This document shows, one piece after another, positions 35,466 through 46,180 of a stretch of DNA of 64,000 bases. Each line of letters opens with the position of its first letter. The first letter of the stretch is position 1. The position numbers and the translations under genes are program-made. The notes below the pieces were generated by a model. That model saw only the letters and a list, made by a program, of their open reading frames with translations. It made no database searches and had not been told where the DNA came from. Origin of the DNA: Candidatus Kaiserbacteria bacterium (GTDB lineage Bacteria > Patescibacteriota > Minisyncoccia > Phycocordibacterales > UBA2100); contig JALWOZ010000016.1 in assembly GCA_027083345.1 (NCBI GenBank), forward strand, positions 5 to 64,004, written 5' to 3'.

Positions 35466-36482
35466 CTAACATACAGCATTCTCAAATAGTATTCTTGCTT
35501 CATCTGCTTGAGTTACGAACACCCTATCCTGCGTTATACCGATTATCTCTAACTGGCTTAGCAACCTACTACGCAAGTATGCATTACCATAGCCTATGCC
35601 GCCAGAGATTATAAGTAAGTCACAGCCTTGCAATACTCCGTAATATGCAAAGACCTGCTTAACCAGCTGATCTATGAGCATGTCTACTGCCAACTTCTCC
35701 TCACTCTGTCGTTTACTCGCTCTAGTGAATATATCTAGAGTGTTCTTACTCCCGGTTAAACCATAGAGGCCTGAATCATTATTAAGCATACTCATTACCT
35801 CAGCAACACTCTTGCCACCTTGCTCAACAAGATACCCCACAATACTCGGGTCTACACTACCACTACGAGTTATCATCATTAATCCTTCAAGGGGGGTCAG
35901 TCCCATTGTTGTGTCTACACTCTTGCCATTTAATACCGCCGTCATAGATGTGCCACCACCAATATGTGCGCATATCACCTTACTCGGCAATTTACCTTGA
36001 TTGTTCTGAGTTTGAGCTAGCACAGACTGCACTACAAGCCCATGGAAGCCGTAACGCTTTATATTATACTTCTCTGCCACCCTTGCATTTATAGCGTAAG
36101 TGCGCGCTTTAAGAGGTATATCTTTATGAAAGTCGGTGTCAAAACTCACAATAATATCTGCACTAGGCAAATTACTTTGCAAAAACTCAATAACTTCTAA
36201 TGCAAAAGAGTTATGTATAGGAGCAAATCTAGCATTATCCTTTATAGCAAACAAAACTTTATTATCTAGAATTATAGGACCGTGAGTATCACCTCCGTGC
36301 ACCACCCTTATACTCACTCTAACAACGTCCTCAAGACCCAGTATCCATTTACTCTCCTGCTCACTAATACTAAATACTTGCTTCCTGTCAAAACTTTTAT
36401 TATCAAGTACTTCTCCATCATTATTAAAAAGAGTATATTTAACGGCAGTGGAGCCTGGATTAATTGTAAGCACATTACTCAT
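35466..36482 (-). CDS. Acetate/butyrate kinase family protein (ASKHA superfamily), probably acetate kinase acting on acetyl-phosphate
   Basis: N-terminal LTINPGSTAVKYTLF phosphate-1 motif, ICAHIGGGTSMTAV and a C-terminal ISGGIGYGN motif. It lies immediately downstream of phosphoketolase. Confidence 0.65.
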   Translation of the reverse strand: MSNVLTINPGSTAVKYTLFNNDGEVLDNKSFDRKQVFSISEQESKWILGLEDVVRVSIRVVHGGDTHGPIILDNKVLFAIKDNARFAPIHNSFALEVIEFLQSNLPSADIIVSFDTDFHKDIPLKARTYAINARVAEKYNIKRYGFHGLVVQSVLAQTQNNQGKLPSKVICAHIGGGTSMTAVLNGKSVDTTMGLTPLEGLMMITRSGSVDPSIVGYLVEQGGKSVAEVMSMLNNDSGLYGLTGSKNTLDIFTRASKRQSEEKLAVDMLIDQLVKQVFAYYGVLQGCDLLIISGGIGYGNAYLRSRLLSQLEIIGITQDRVFVTQADEARILFENAVC

Positions 36483-36492
36483 ACTCCTGATA

Positions 36493-38874
36493 TCACCAAT
36501 TATTTATCTCGGGTGGGTCAACTTTATTTGTAATTATATAGTCTTTCTCCCACTTTAGTTTATCTAACATCTCTTTATGTACCTCTTCTTTCTGATCATG
36601 AGTTATAGCCCCAACCTTCTCAGCTTGTGTGGCAATATCTTTAACAAGATGATACCTAGAGAGCCCGTTACGAGCCTTCATATCAAAAGGACTGGTAGTA
36701 CTACCATGCTCGCCATAGCCATTTATAATAATCCTATCGCTAACCTCATAATCAAATAACAATTTCTTTATAGTCGTAGCATACCCATGAAAGTTAAACA
36801 CAATGGGCTTATCGTGTGTTAAATATTTGTCATGTACTTGCTCTTTATGCAGACCATTACCCGTACAAACCTTTTCATCACAATACTCTGCAAACATATC
36901 TAACTTAAAAAAGTTTACAAATCGAAGCTTAACATTAGGGAATCTTTGCCTAAAGAGCGTGATACCTATAACTGCCTCCTCAGTAACATAATCCCCACAT
37001 GTGGCTATAACCACATCGGGCTCGCCATCATTAGATAAAAAACCCCATACTCCGGCACCGTCCTCTGCTTGCACGGATGCCTCAGCCGAAGTAAGCCAAC
37101 TACGCTTCATCTTCTTGCCAGCAACTATAACATTTATAGAGTTATTGGATGTTAATGATAAATCCATAGCCTCTAACATCAAATTTTTATCTGCAGGGAA
37201 ATACATATTAACTATATCACTACTATGGTTAAGTAAATGAGATACAAAAGAAGGGTTCTGATGGGAGAAACCATTATGATCTTGTCTCTCTAATAAAGAG
37301 CTCAATATAATATTAACTGGCGCCATAGCCTCACGGAAGTTTACATTACGAGCTACCGAAACAAATTTAGTGTATTGGTCAACCATAGAGACTACAATAG
37401 AAGCAAAAGATTCATAAGACACAAAAAACCCATATCTGCCGGTCAATGAGTATCCTAGTAGCATACCAAACAATGTGTGTTCACTAAGCATCTCTACTAC
37501 TCTTCCGCTCTGACTCATGTCCTTATCCCATACCTCATTTGGCCACTGCCACACTCTAGAAGTTTGTTTAAAAACTGCCTGCAAATGATTAGAGTATGTC
37601 TCATCTGGGCTAAAAAGTCTAAAATTATTAGCTTCAACATTCTTCTCAAAAAGCCGTGCCATATATTTACCAGCCACCATCATCTCATCTTCTCCTTTTT
37701 GACCCCTAACAGATATATTGGTCTTAAGCGTATCTAAATCTGGCAACTCTAAGTCGCCACGCAACTTACCATGTGCATAATCAGACGTTCCTATTGTTCT
37801 ATTTTGCGTAGGAATATTCTTGACTATATCAGGATCCAAAATCAAGTTACCTTGTCCATCAAAAGTTACAAGTTCTCTAATATTATAACTTTTCAACCAA
37901 GCCTCTAACTGCTTAAGTTGCAACCTAGACTCAGTTGAGTCTCCTTTTAAATTAGTAAACACTGTTTGGTGTGATGCATAATTGCCGACCACTTTGACTC
38001 CTCCTACCTCACTAGGTGCTCCCATACCTTTTGGGGTTTTTAATATTATAACCGGCCAACGAGGTGCTACCAAACCTTCCTCACTCTTGGCTTGAGTCTT
38101 TAAGGTGTTTATCATTATCATGGCTTGATCAAAGACCCTAACACTCTGCTCTGTTAAATCTTCTTCTTTATCAGAATCTACAAAAAGTGGTGTATATCCG
38201 TGAGCTCTAAAGAAGTCTGATATCTCATCATTGCTCATTCTACCAAATATTGTTGGACCAGATATCTTATAGCCATTCAAATGTAAAACCGGCAATACTA
38301 CTCCATCAGTCTTTGGATTAATAAATCTATTAACATTCCAGCTTGCTGCCAATGGGCCGGTCTCAGACTCTCCGTCTCCTATTAAGCATACATTTACAAG
38401 TTTGGGATTATCCAACACGCTACCGGCTGAGACAGACAAAGAGTACCCCAACTCCCCACCTTCAAGTATAACACCTGGTGCCTCTGGATTAAGGTGGGAT
38501 GGATACCCGTAGGGAGTAGAGAAATTAGTTATAACCTCTTCTAGACCTTTCTTTGAAAAGGGTATCTGCTCAGGTTTATATTTTGTTAAGGATCCTTCTA
38601 TAAACAAATTAGACTGAAATGCAGGGAAGCCGTGTCCAGGCCCAATAGTATATAAGAAATCATTATCTTCATGTTTATTAATCAATCTATTTATATTTGC
38701 ATAAACCAAATTAATACCAGGACATGTGCCCCAATGTCCTAACAACCTCTCTTTTATATCGCTCTGTTTTAGTGGTTGTTCTAAGAAAAAATTATCTTTA
38801 AGAAAAATCTGAGCTACTGAGATGTAGTTTGCTAATCGTACTTGTTTTTTGATAGAGTCTATATCTGATGTCAT
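36493..38874 (-). CDS. xfp: Xylulose-5-phosphate/fructose-6-phosphate phosphoketolase
   Basis: GHWGTCPG signature with TPP-binding regions. 793 aa, typical XFP length. Confidence 0.9.
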   Translation of the reverse strand: MTSDIDSIKKQVRLANYISVAQIFLKDNFFLEQPLKQSDIKERLLGHWGTCPGINLVYANINRLINKHEDNDFLYTIGPGHGFPAFQSNLFIEGSLTKYKPEQIPFSKKGLEEVITNFSTPYGYPSHLNPEAPGVILEGGELGYSLSVSAGSVLDNPKLVNVCLIGDGESETGPLAASWNVNRFINPKTDGVVLPVLHLNGYKISGPTIFGRMSNDEISDFFRAHGYTPLFVDSDKEEDLTEQSVRVFDQAMIMINTLKTQAKSEEGLVAPRWPVIILKTPKGMGAPSEVGGVKVVGNYASHQTVFTNLKGDSTESRLQLKQLEAWLKSYNIRELVTFDGQGNLILDPDIVKNIPTQNRTIGTSDYAHGKLRGDLELPDLDTLKTNISVRGQKGEDEMMVAGKYMARLFEKNVEANNFRLFSPDETYSNHLQAVFKQTSRVWQWPNEVWDKDMSQSGRVVEMLSEHTLFGMLLGYSLTGRYGFFVSYESFASIVVSMVDQYTKFVSVARNVNFREAMAPVNIILSSLLERQDHNGFSHQNPSFVSHLLNHSSDIVNMYFPADKNLMLEAMDLSLTSNNSINVIVAGKKMKRSWLTSAEASVQAEDGAGVWGFLSNDGEPDVVIATCGDYVTEEAVIGITLFRQRFPNVKLRFVNFFKLDMFAEYCDEKVCTGNGLHKEQVHDKYLTHDKPIVFNFHGYATTIKKLLFDYEVSDRIIINGYGEHGSTTSPFDMKARNGLSRYHLVKDIATQAEKVGAITHDQKEEVHKEMLDKLKWEKDYIITNKVDPPEINNW

Positions 38875-40439
38875 ATACTAACATTAGGATTAAAAAATTG
38901 CTTTATAGGATCCCAATACCACCCTATTAATATTTTATATATCCAACTTTTTTTCTTCTTCTCTTGTGCAGGAGGTAAAGAATCTCCATTTAAATTAATT
39001 GCCCAACTAGAGTGATTCTGAGCATATATAGCCCCCATTATATCGTATTCATCTTTAGTAACTTTAGGATATGCATACCTAATCTCTTCTAAAGTCTTAC
39101 CGGATGCAAAATCATTTTCCCAACCAGGATACTTTTGGCCCAACGTTGTTTTATCTTTAGAATAATCTGTCCAATCTATATTTGAATAATCCTCTATCTT
39201 TATATCTTTATTATTTTCCAGCCATGTACTAACACTATCAGCTCCCCCATCCACACTCTTAGCGTCAAAATAAAAAGTATCTCTATTAGGTAATATCTTA
39301 GAATAATTGTCATCTAGAGCAAATTGTGGAATTTGTTGTGTTTGATTATCAGATTTATTATTTGTATTATCACCACCTTTAGAATTAGGAGTTAGTACAT
39401 CATATTGACTATCTACAGATGCCTTTGTGCTTGCACCTCCATACACTCCTTGCACCACCTCTTGAGAAGACCCCCCAGATATATTATCTGCACTACTTAC
39501 CCCATCGGTCCAACCTGCATCTAACCACTTACTACTCCCAGTAGCCCAATCGCCACCAATATTATTAGAGCCTCCTCTACTCTCTAAGTCTTTAAGATAA
39601 TCTTGATATGGATCCCTTGCACCAGGATCATATCCCGGTTGAGAATCATACCCGCCTTGTCCTCCTCCTAAACTATTACCTCCACCAAGGCCGCCTCCTC
39701 GTTGTTGTTCACTATTATATGGTTGATTAGTATCTCCATTTACAGCAGCTTGCTCTGGAGATTGTTGCAATTCGGGTGGCAAACCATTGTTATTATTATA
39801 ACCCTGTCCTCCACCGTAATTATTTAAACTATTATTGTAGCCATCTGCGCTGTTTATATTATCTTGTATCCTTTGATTATTATCCTTCTCTTGGCTACCA
39901 CATACAGCCCTTAACTTAGTAACTCCGCTGTCTACAAAAAAGGTTACGACATTGTTTTTTGTATCTCCAAGATTAAACCTGCAAGTTTTACTCGAAGACA
40001 ATGTTACCAGCTTGGTATTAGGGACAACCTTTATAGGAAGCATGGAGATCACCTTATAACCTATAGTTTTCTTTTCTGCCGAAACTAGTACTCGGGTTTT
40101 CGCTACTCCGGCACTGCCTGAGCAGATCCCTCTTATACTAGCAACTCTATACTTACTTTCTAAAGAGACCACTTGAGCATTAAAAAACGTAGGGGGATTT
40201 TGAGAACATCGAATTTTATAACTGGTAGTGCCCGGAGCTTTTAAAGACGGTGGTGTCGTACTATTAACATCGGTTTTATCATTTGCATCTTGTGTTGAGG
40301 CTTGAGTAACAGGTATAGAGGGCGACATAGTTCTATTAACTCCAACCTCGGTATCTGCATAAACACCAATTCCTAGTATCAGATATGCAATAATCAGCAC
40401 TATAGACCCCTTATAAATAACTACAACATATTTACCCAT
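38871..40439 (-). CDS. Hypothetical secreted protein with a long Gly/Asn/Gln/Ser-rich disordered centre
   Basis: N-terminal TM/signal and low-complexity GGGQGYNNNNG...GGGLGGGNSLGGGQGG tracts. Its stop overlaps the xfp start by 4 nt. Confidence 0.5.
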   Translation of the reverse strand: MGKYVVVIYKGSIVLIIAYLILGIGVYADTEVGVNRTMSPSIPVTQASTQDANDKTDVNSTTPPSLKAPGTTSYKIRCSQNPPTFFNAQVVSLESKYRVASIRGICSGSAGVAKTRVLVSAEKKTIGYKVISMLPIKVVPNTKLVTLSSSKTCRFNLGDTKNNVVTFFVDSGVTKLRAVCGSQEKDNNQRIQDNINSADGYNNSLNNYGGGQGYNNNNGLPPELQQSPEQAAVNGDTNQPYNSEQQRGGGLGGGNSLGGGQGGYDSQPGYDPGARDPYQDYLKDLESRGGSNNIGGDWATGSSKWLDAGWTDGVSSADNISGGSSQEVVQGVYGGASTKASVDSQYDVLTPNSKGGDNTNNKSDNQTQQIPQFALDDNYSKILPNRDTFYFDAKSVDGGADSVSTWLENNKDIKIEDYSNIDWTDYSKDKTTLGQKYPGWENDFASGKTLEEIRYAYPKVTKDEYDIMGAIYAQNHSSWAINLNGDSLPPAQEKKKKSWIYKILIGWYWDPIKQFFNPNVSI

Positions 40440-40490
40440 AGCAAATACATTATAACACTCTAAACTTATTAAGCAGTACTATTATACACA

Positions 40491-41606
40491 CTAAGTTTTA
40501 GTATACCTAGACACATTAAACACAATACCCAGACTTGCTAAAGTGGCTGCCAATGCGGTGCCACCATGAGAAACAAAAATTAACGGTAGACCAGAAAGAG
40601 GTACGACACCTAACATAGCAGCAATATTAAATAAAGACTGGATTATTATAAGCGTGGCAATACCCACCACCAACAATGCACCAAATGCGTCAGAAGCTTT
40701 AATAGCTATATAATACATTCGTAAGATAAATGCTAATAAAACACCCAATAACAAAACAGAACCTACAAATCCAAATTCCTCCGCATAAACCGCAAATATG
40801 GAGTCGCCGATAGGCTCCGGTAAATAATTAAATTTTTGTACGCTTTGTCCAAAACCTCTACCGAACACACCGCCTGAGCCTATTGCAATTAGAGATTGCT
40901 TAACTTGATACCCAGAGCCTTGCGTATCTGACGTAGGGTGTATAAAAGTGGTTATCCTCGCAAAAACATATGGCCTAAAAAATGCTAAAACTCCTAAAGC
41001 TACAATTCCTACTAAAATTAAAATACCAACGTCTCTCCACTTAAGACCTGAAACAAAAAACATAGCTGAGATAGCTATAACAATCACTACCAAACTCCCA
41101 GTATCAGGTTGTAATAGTAAAGGGATGGAAACAGCCCCTATAACAACACCTAATAATGCCAAACCAAAATATTTATGAGAATGTATCTTATTAGCATAAC
41201 GTGCTAATAAATGCGCCACAAATAATACCGCACCTATTTTAAGAAATTCTACCGGCTGAAAGGTTACCACTCTAAAATCTACCCATCTATATGCACCACC
41301 ATGATGCATACCTATGCCTGGTATAAATACCAGAAAAATAGACAATAATGACATAACAAACACAAACGGGGCGTACTTCCTCCATTCTTTATAATGTATC
41401 CTGCTAATTACAAATGCCACTATTGACCCAGCAAAAATACCCAAAAAAAACTGGTTAAAAGCAATGGATGTAAAAGATACAGTCCCTCTAGCTAGCAACC
41501 CAAGAGATGCAGACAAAAAGATAAAAAAACCTCCAACAACCAATGTTATAAGCAAGCTCAGTAATACTCTGTCTACCCTCTTTAGTCTTTTTAAACTTGC
41601 ACTCAT
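40491..41606 (-). CDS. SEDS-family peptidoglycan glycosyltransferase (FtsW/RodA)
   Basis: 10-TM protein with the conserved C-terminal PLSGLPLIFVSHGGTALAA motif. Confidence 0.8.
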   Translation of the reverse strand: MSASLKRLKRVDRVLLSLLITLVVGGFFIFLSASLGLLARGTVSFTSIAFNQFFLGIFAGSIVAFVISRIHYKEWRKYAPFVFVMSLLSIFLVFIPGIGMHHGGAYRWVDFRVVTFQPVEFLKIGAVLFVAHLLARYANKIHSHKYFGLALLGVVIGAVSIPLLLQPDTGSLVVIVIAISAMFFVSGLKWRDVGILILVGIVALGVLAFFRPYVFARITTFIHPTSDTQGSGYQVKQSLIAIGSGGVFGRGFGQSVQKFNYLPEPIGDSIFAVYAEEFGFVGSVLLLGVLLAFILRMYYIAIKASDAFGALLVVGIATLIIIQSLFNIAAMLGVVPLSGLPLIFVSHGGTALAATLASLGIVFNVSRYTKT

Positions 41607-41642
41607 TTATGCATAATAACATAAACACACAAAGCTCTACAC

Positions 41643-42716
41643 TTAATTATTACCAATTATAGCTATAATCACCCCAATGAATGCGAAGATTACACTAAGA
41701 ATCCAATATCTCATAGTAACTTTAGGAGCACTCCACCCTATAGCCTCAAAATGATGATGTAAAGGTGCAACTCTAAACACCTTCTTGCCTCTATATTTTT
41801 TAGACAATACCTGCACTATGTTTGAGAATACAGTTACCACAAGCAAAAAACCTATTATAGGTAGTACGCTTATACCTACACCATCTCCCATAGAATCTGT
41901 CATAAATACCACCGTACTTAACGACAGTGTTAAAGCCATAGTACCCGTCTCCGTCATATAGAATCTAGCCGGAGGGACATTAAACCATAAAAATGCTAAT
42001 AACGCCCCAACCAACACCGCACAAAATGACGCTAAATTGATTTGATTTTGCTGAAATGCTATAACTGCATATGCTGCAAATATGCTAGCAAACACTCCTC
42101 CGGAGAGACCATCTATACCGTCTATAACGCCACTGGCATATATAGCTAATGTCATGATTATAAATAAAGGCACTACGAGCATTCCCACATTAAGTACTCC
42201 TCCAAAAGGAATTCCGACATCAACAACACCAAGCTTAGCATAAAACCACCACCCTATAATGCCAGACATTATAAACACAAATAATAACCTTCTCTTTAAT
42301 GACAGACCTTTACCACTAAAATAAACATCTAATATGTCATTAACAAACCCAACTCCCGCTCCGAGCACAAGAGTTAATATAGGTATCCAAGTCTGATCTC
42401 TAGAGAGAAAGTCTAATTTGATAGTGGTAGCATTAGGTATGGCTCTTGCTAAGACAGACACTACAAGAATAGTTAACAAAGTACTACCCCACACTACTAT
42501 CCCACCCATGCGAGGTGTGCGAGTATCTGCATCAGCGTGGAGTTTATTAAATTCTGTTGCATCAGTACCATCCATAGCCTTCTTGCCCTCAGTACCAACC
42601 TGTTTCCATACTTTATACTTATACAAAAAATGAGTAATAATAGGAGTAATAACTATGCCAATAACAAAAGCTAACGCTGAAGGTAATATAACTTTTACTA
42701 CATCTGCTATCTCCAT
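41643..42716 (-). CDS. mraY: Phospho-N-acetylmuramoyl-pentapeptide transferase MraY
   Basis: Glycosyltransferase family 4 motifs (VNDILDV, IDGIDGLSGG) and the MraY-specific PLHHHFE. Confidence 0.8.
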   Translation of the reverse strand: MEIADVVKVILPSALAFVIGIVITPIITHFLYKYKVWKQVGTEGKKAMDGTDATEFNKLHADADTRTPRMGGIVVWGSTLLTILVVSVLARAIPNATTIKLDFLSRDQTWIPILTLVLGAGVGFVNDILDVYFSGKGLSLKRRLLFVFIMSGIIGWWFYAKLGVVDVGIPFGGVLNVGMLVVPLFIIMTLAIYASGVIDGIDGLSGGVFASIFAAYAVIAFQQNQINLASFCAVLVGALLAFLWFNVPPARFYMTETGTMALTLSLSTVVFMTDSMGDGVGISVLPIIGFLLVVTVFSNIVQVLSKKYRGKKVFRVAPLHHHFEAIGWSAPKVTMRYWILSVIFAFIGVIIAIIGNN

Positions 42717-42746
42717 AATCTTATTTACGCAAATTAATTGATCTTT

Positions 42747-43664
42747 TTATTTTAACACACTATTAACCAATTTTAGCACATCATCAAACCTGTCCTCTTT
42801 AGTAGACCCTAATACAACCACTACTATTGGCCTGCCGATACCGGCATCAAATATTACGGCTAAATTCCCTCCAGATAAATCAGTAAATCCTGTCTTACCC
42901 CCTATTAAACCAGGTATCTTATATACTATTTTATTTGTATTTATTGTCTTGTACTCTTTATTAGTCAAAGACAAGCTACTAAACTTAGCAAATCTTGTAG
43001 CCTCTAATAACTCTGGTTTTATAAAATTAATATAGGTTAATAGGTTTGCAATATCTCTAGCAGAGCTATATGCTCCTGCTCTAGTCTCCGATATATCAAG
43101 TCCCGACTCATTAAAAAGTCGGGTGGAACTCAGGCCTAAAACTTTTGCCAAGTGATTCATCTTAGACATAAACACGTCTTTACCTAACTTATTGGCCAAA
43201 GAGGTAGCTGCATCATTGGAGGACATTGCCAACATAAAGTCAGACAAATCCCTTTCTCTCCAAATGTCCCCAACTATTAAACCACTATCTCCCTCTGTCT
43301 TTAAGTCCTCTTTCGTTATGGTAATAGAAGTAGAACCTCCTATGTTCTCCTCCGCCACTAAAGCTGTAAATAACTTGGTTATAGACGCAAGAGGTAATCG
43401 TATATCGGCATTCTTCTCAAATAAAGTTTCTCCACTATTTATGTCGTATACTATCGCAGACTGGGCCACCACATCAACATCCAACTTGCTCTTACCCTTT
43501 TTATATAACTCACTCTTCATAGAGGTAATAGCAGATGCCAATTGCTCTTCTTGCCAAGCCAGTTGCAACTTAGGCTCCATAATAATAGTGAGTATAAACA
43601 ACCCCACGATACTAAATGCTATACCAACTAAAGCTCTTTTGTTATTTATAATCATGTCAGCCAT
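42747..43664 (-). CDS. D-alanyl-D-alanine carboxypeptidase (peptidase S11, PBP5/6-like)
   Basis: SxxK (SITK), SxN-like and KTG (GGKTGFT) active-site motifs, with an N-terminal TM. Confidence 0.75.
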   Translation of the reverse strand: MADMIINNKRALVGIAFSIVGLFILTIIMEPKLQLAWQEEQLASAITSMKSELYKKGKSKLDVDVVAQSAIVYDINSGETLFEKNADIRLPLASITKLFTALVAEENIGGSTSITITKEDLKTEGDSGLIVGDIWRERDLSDFMLAMSSNDAATSLANKLGKDVFMSKMNHLAKVLGLSSTRLFNESGLDISETRAGAYSSARDIANLLTYINFIKPELLEATRFAKFSSLSLTNKEYKTINTNKIVYKIPGLIGGKTGFTDLSGGNLAVIFDAGIGRPIVVVVLGSTKEDRFDDVLKLVNSVLK

Positions 43665-43667
43665 AAC

Positions 43668-44219
43668 CTAATCTATATCGTTGTTATTTTTAATAAAATC
43701 TGAGATCTTTTTACGTATCTCTAAAAAGTCTGGCAAATCCTCTTTTTGTGTTACTCCCAAAACCGCTAATAGCTCGGGGGTAGTAGAATATTTATATACC
43801 CCACGTGCTCCGGCATCAACAGATTTAGACCTCATCTTACTCAAGAGACCTCTCATTGTTAAATGTCTTAAAGTGTGAGCGGAGTTTACCCCTCTTATAC
43901 TCTCTATCTCGCTTGCACTTATATCCTCGTCTGGAGAGTATAATACTATAGACAATACCTCAAGACCAGCCTTACTTATACCATCCTTAATGGTATCTCC
44001 GCGCACCCTCTCTACCACCTCCGCAAACTCTCCAGACACTCTCATAATAATTCGTTTAGTATCTAATACCAAGACCATGCCTCTCTTTGAATTATTATAT
44101 TGTTTTATTAATTCAACTAATTTAGCATTACCAATATGTAAAACCTTCAGAACTTGTTTAACAGAGACTTCTCCTCCTTCACTAAATACAATGGCTTCAA
44201 GTTTTGCTATTTTATCCAT
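43668..44219 (-). CDS. scpB: Segregation and condensation protein B
   Basis: Tandem winged-helix pattern (LEAIVFSEGGEVSVKQ...; GLEVLSIVLYSPD...). It is adjacent to scpA. Confidence 0.8.
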   Translation of the reverse strand: MDKIAKLEAIVFSEGGEVSVKQVLKVLHIGNAKLVELIKQYNNSKRGMVLVLDTKRIIMRVSGEFAEVVERVRGDTIKDGISKAGLEVLSIVLYSPDEDISASEIESIRGVNSAHTLRHLTMRGLLSKMRSKSVDAGARGVYKYSTTPELLAVLGVTQKEDLPDFLEIRKKISDFIKNNNDID

Positions 44220-44220
44220 A

Positions 44221-44940
44221 TTAGCTAATCATATCATATTCTTTATCAAGAATAATCTCTCCAAAAGCTTTATCTTGTTTTGCAAATAATAAACCATCTT
44301 TAATAAGTTCTAACAATGCCAGAAAATTTACCAACACTTGCTCCTTTTCTGATCCGGCTATAGACGTCAAACTTTGTCGTGATCCACTCTCCACTCTTGC
44401 TAATAAAGACATCATTACATCTTTTATATTTATCTTCTTACTTATTCTGGCCTGTGGTTTTATATAACTCTCTGGTAATTGTGCCAACAAACTTACAATA
44501 GAATCTTTTAAAATTGCAGTACTTAAATTAATCGGAGTCTTAAAAGTATATTGCTCTACTTTAATAGTTTTAGGAGAGTATAAAGGCTTACTGCCTTTTA
44601 TGCGCTCTACCAATAATGTATTGGCCGATTTATACAATTTATGTAACTCTAACCTACTCTCCAGATCTTTAATACTAACCTCCTCTTCTATGGTTAGATC
44701 CAAATTGGGCAATAATGACTTAGACTTAATCAGCAAAAGGGTTGATGCTATAACCATAAAGTCATATGCTACTACATCCTCAATATCTTTTAAAGATCTT
44801 AGGTAAGCGACATAATCATCTGCTACTTGAGCTAAAGATATCTCACTTATATGCATCTTCCTCTTTTGCACCATTTCGAGTAGAACCTCTAAGGCCCCGT
44901 TAAACTCGTCTGCTTTAATGTTATGTGCTCTTGGTGGCAT
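44221..44940 (-). CDS. scpA: Segregation and condensation protein A
   Basis: Kleisin-like protein (FNGALEVLLEMVQKRKMHISEISLAQVADDY). Its stop is 1 nt from the scpB start. Confidence 0.8.
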   Translation of the reverse strand: MPPRAHNIKADEFNGALEVLLEMVQKRKMHISEISLAQVADDYVAYLRSLKDIEDVVAYDFMVIASTLLLIKSKSLLPNLDLTIEEEVSIKDLESRLELHKLYKSANTLLVERIKGSKPLYSPKTIKVEQYTFKTPINLSTAILKDSIVSLLAQLPESYIKPQARISKKINIKDVMMSLLARVESGSRQSLTSIAGSEKEQVLVNFLALLELIKDGLLFAKQDKAFGEIILDKEYDMIS

Positions 44941-44945
44941 ATATA

Positions 44946-46130
44946 CTATTTTACCCCTAATTGTTTATTAAGGGTTACCATAAATAAAGTTGCTCCTGCA
45001 GCTATAATAAATACTATGCGCATATTATTGAAGTAATATACCAAACCAGCAACTACAATAAGCATTATAACCCTGCCCATATTAAGTGCGACCTCTTTAA
45101 GAGTCGTAAACTCATCAACGAAGTGCCCATTATCTGCTGCGTGCTCATAAGTTGCTGAATCAAAACTCATTCTATTAGCGGCCCTACCAAGCCTATGGTA
45201 TATATCTGTAACAAAAATCTGTAGAGCACTGTCTACAAAAACCTTCATTATCCAACCTGTAGTGGCTAATACGGTACTGTATTTCAGTATCTTGTCTTCT
45301 CCTATTTTATCTATCACTTTACCCATAACTATATTAAGTAATAAGATTACCATTATAGTTAACGAAGTTATAAACCCGATAGAGTTATAATTACCCTCTA
45401 GCAAACCAAATATAAAAATGGGCCACACTACCAATGATACTACTGATTGTGCACCATCTGCCAAATACGCATATAATAGACCTCTATTCTTTCTATCTAC
45501 TAAGTGCTTAAAGGTCTCAAAATATCCCCAACTATACCTCTCATATACTTGAGATATAAAATGAGTTGGCACAATAGTTGTGAACAATATCAAGGCAGAA
45601 AATATAAACACACTACTAAACCCTAACCGTGTTATTACAAGCCCACCAATTAAAGGAGTCAGGGCATTCATAATTTGAATCATATTTGTATAAACAGCCA
45701 ATGTTGTACCGGTCTTTTTACTTACTAGAAATTTTGTTAAATCTGTTTGATACGGTACCCAATACAACGCCCTATATAAAGCTATAGAAACCACAAATAT
45801 AATAACAGACAACAAGGGGTAATGAGGTGCGTAATATAGAGAACCAATAGCGATAGAGCTCGGCACAACAGACATAATCAGCATTTTACGGATACCTAAT
45901 AAGCCTATTAACTTAGAGCTAAGTGGTGCTAATAAGGCACTAAAAGTATACAAGACTATATATACACATACCAAAGCATATATAGAGTTATTAAACAATT
46001 GATAAAAAAATATGGGCAAAAATACCCCAACCAGTCCAAAACCTAACCTAAACAATAACCTGTTGGTCATCAAAGCAAAAATATCTTTAGGTAATTTACT
46101 CTTTACTACATTTAAATTAACATATTGCAT
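44946..46130 (-). CDS. MFS-type transporter (12 predicted TM segments)
   Basis: Hydropathy pattern and Gly-rich loop motifs. The substrate is unknown. Confidence 0.55.
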   Translation of the reverse strand: MQYVNLNVVKSKLPKDIFALMTNRLLFRLGFGLVGVFLPIFFYQLFNNSIYALVCVYIVLYTFSALLAPLSSKLIGLLGIRKMLIMSVVPSSIAIGSLYYAPHYPLLSVIIFVVSIALYRALYWVPYQTDLTKFLVSKKTGTTLAVYTNMIQIMNALTPLIGGLVITRLGFSSVFIFSALILFTTIVPTHFISQVYERYSWGYFETFKHLVDRKNRGLLYAYLADGAQSVVSLVVWPIFIFGLLEGNYNSIGFITSLTIMVILLLNIVMGKVIDKIGEDKILKYSTVLATTGWIMKVFVDSALQIFVTDIYHRLGRAANRMSFDSATYEHAADNGHFVDEFTTLKEVALNMGRVIMLIVVAGLVYYFNNMRIVFIIAAGATLFMVTLNKQLGVK

Positions 46131-46180
46131 TTAACATATTATAGCATGTTAATTTAAACCCATTACAATTAGTCCACCAA

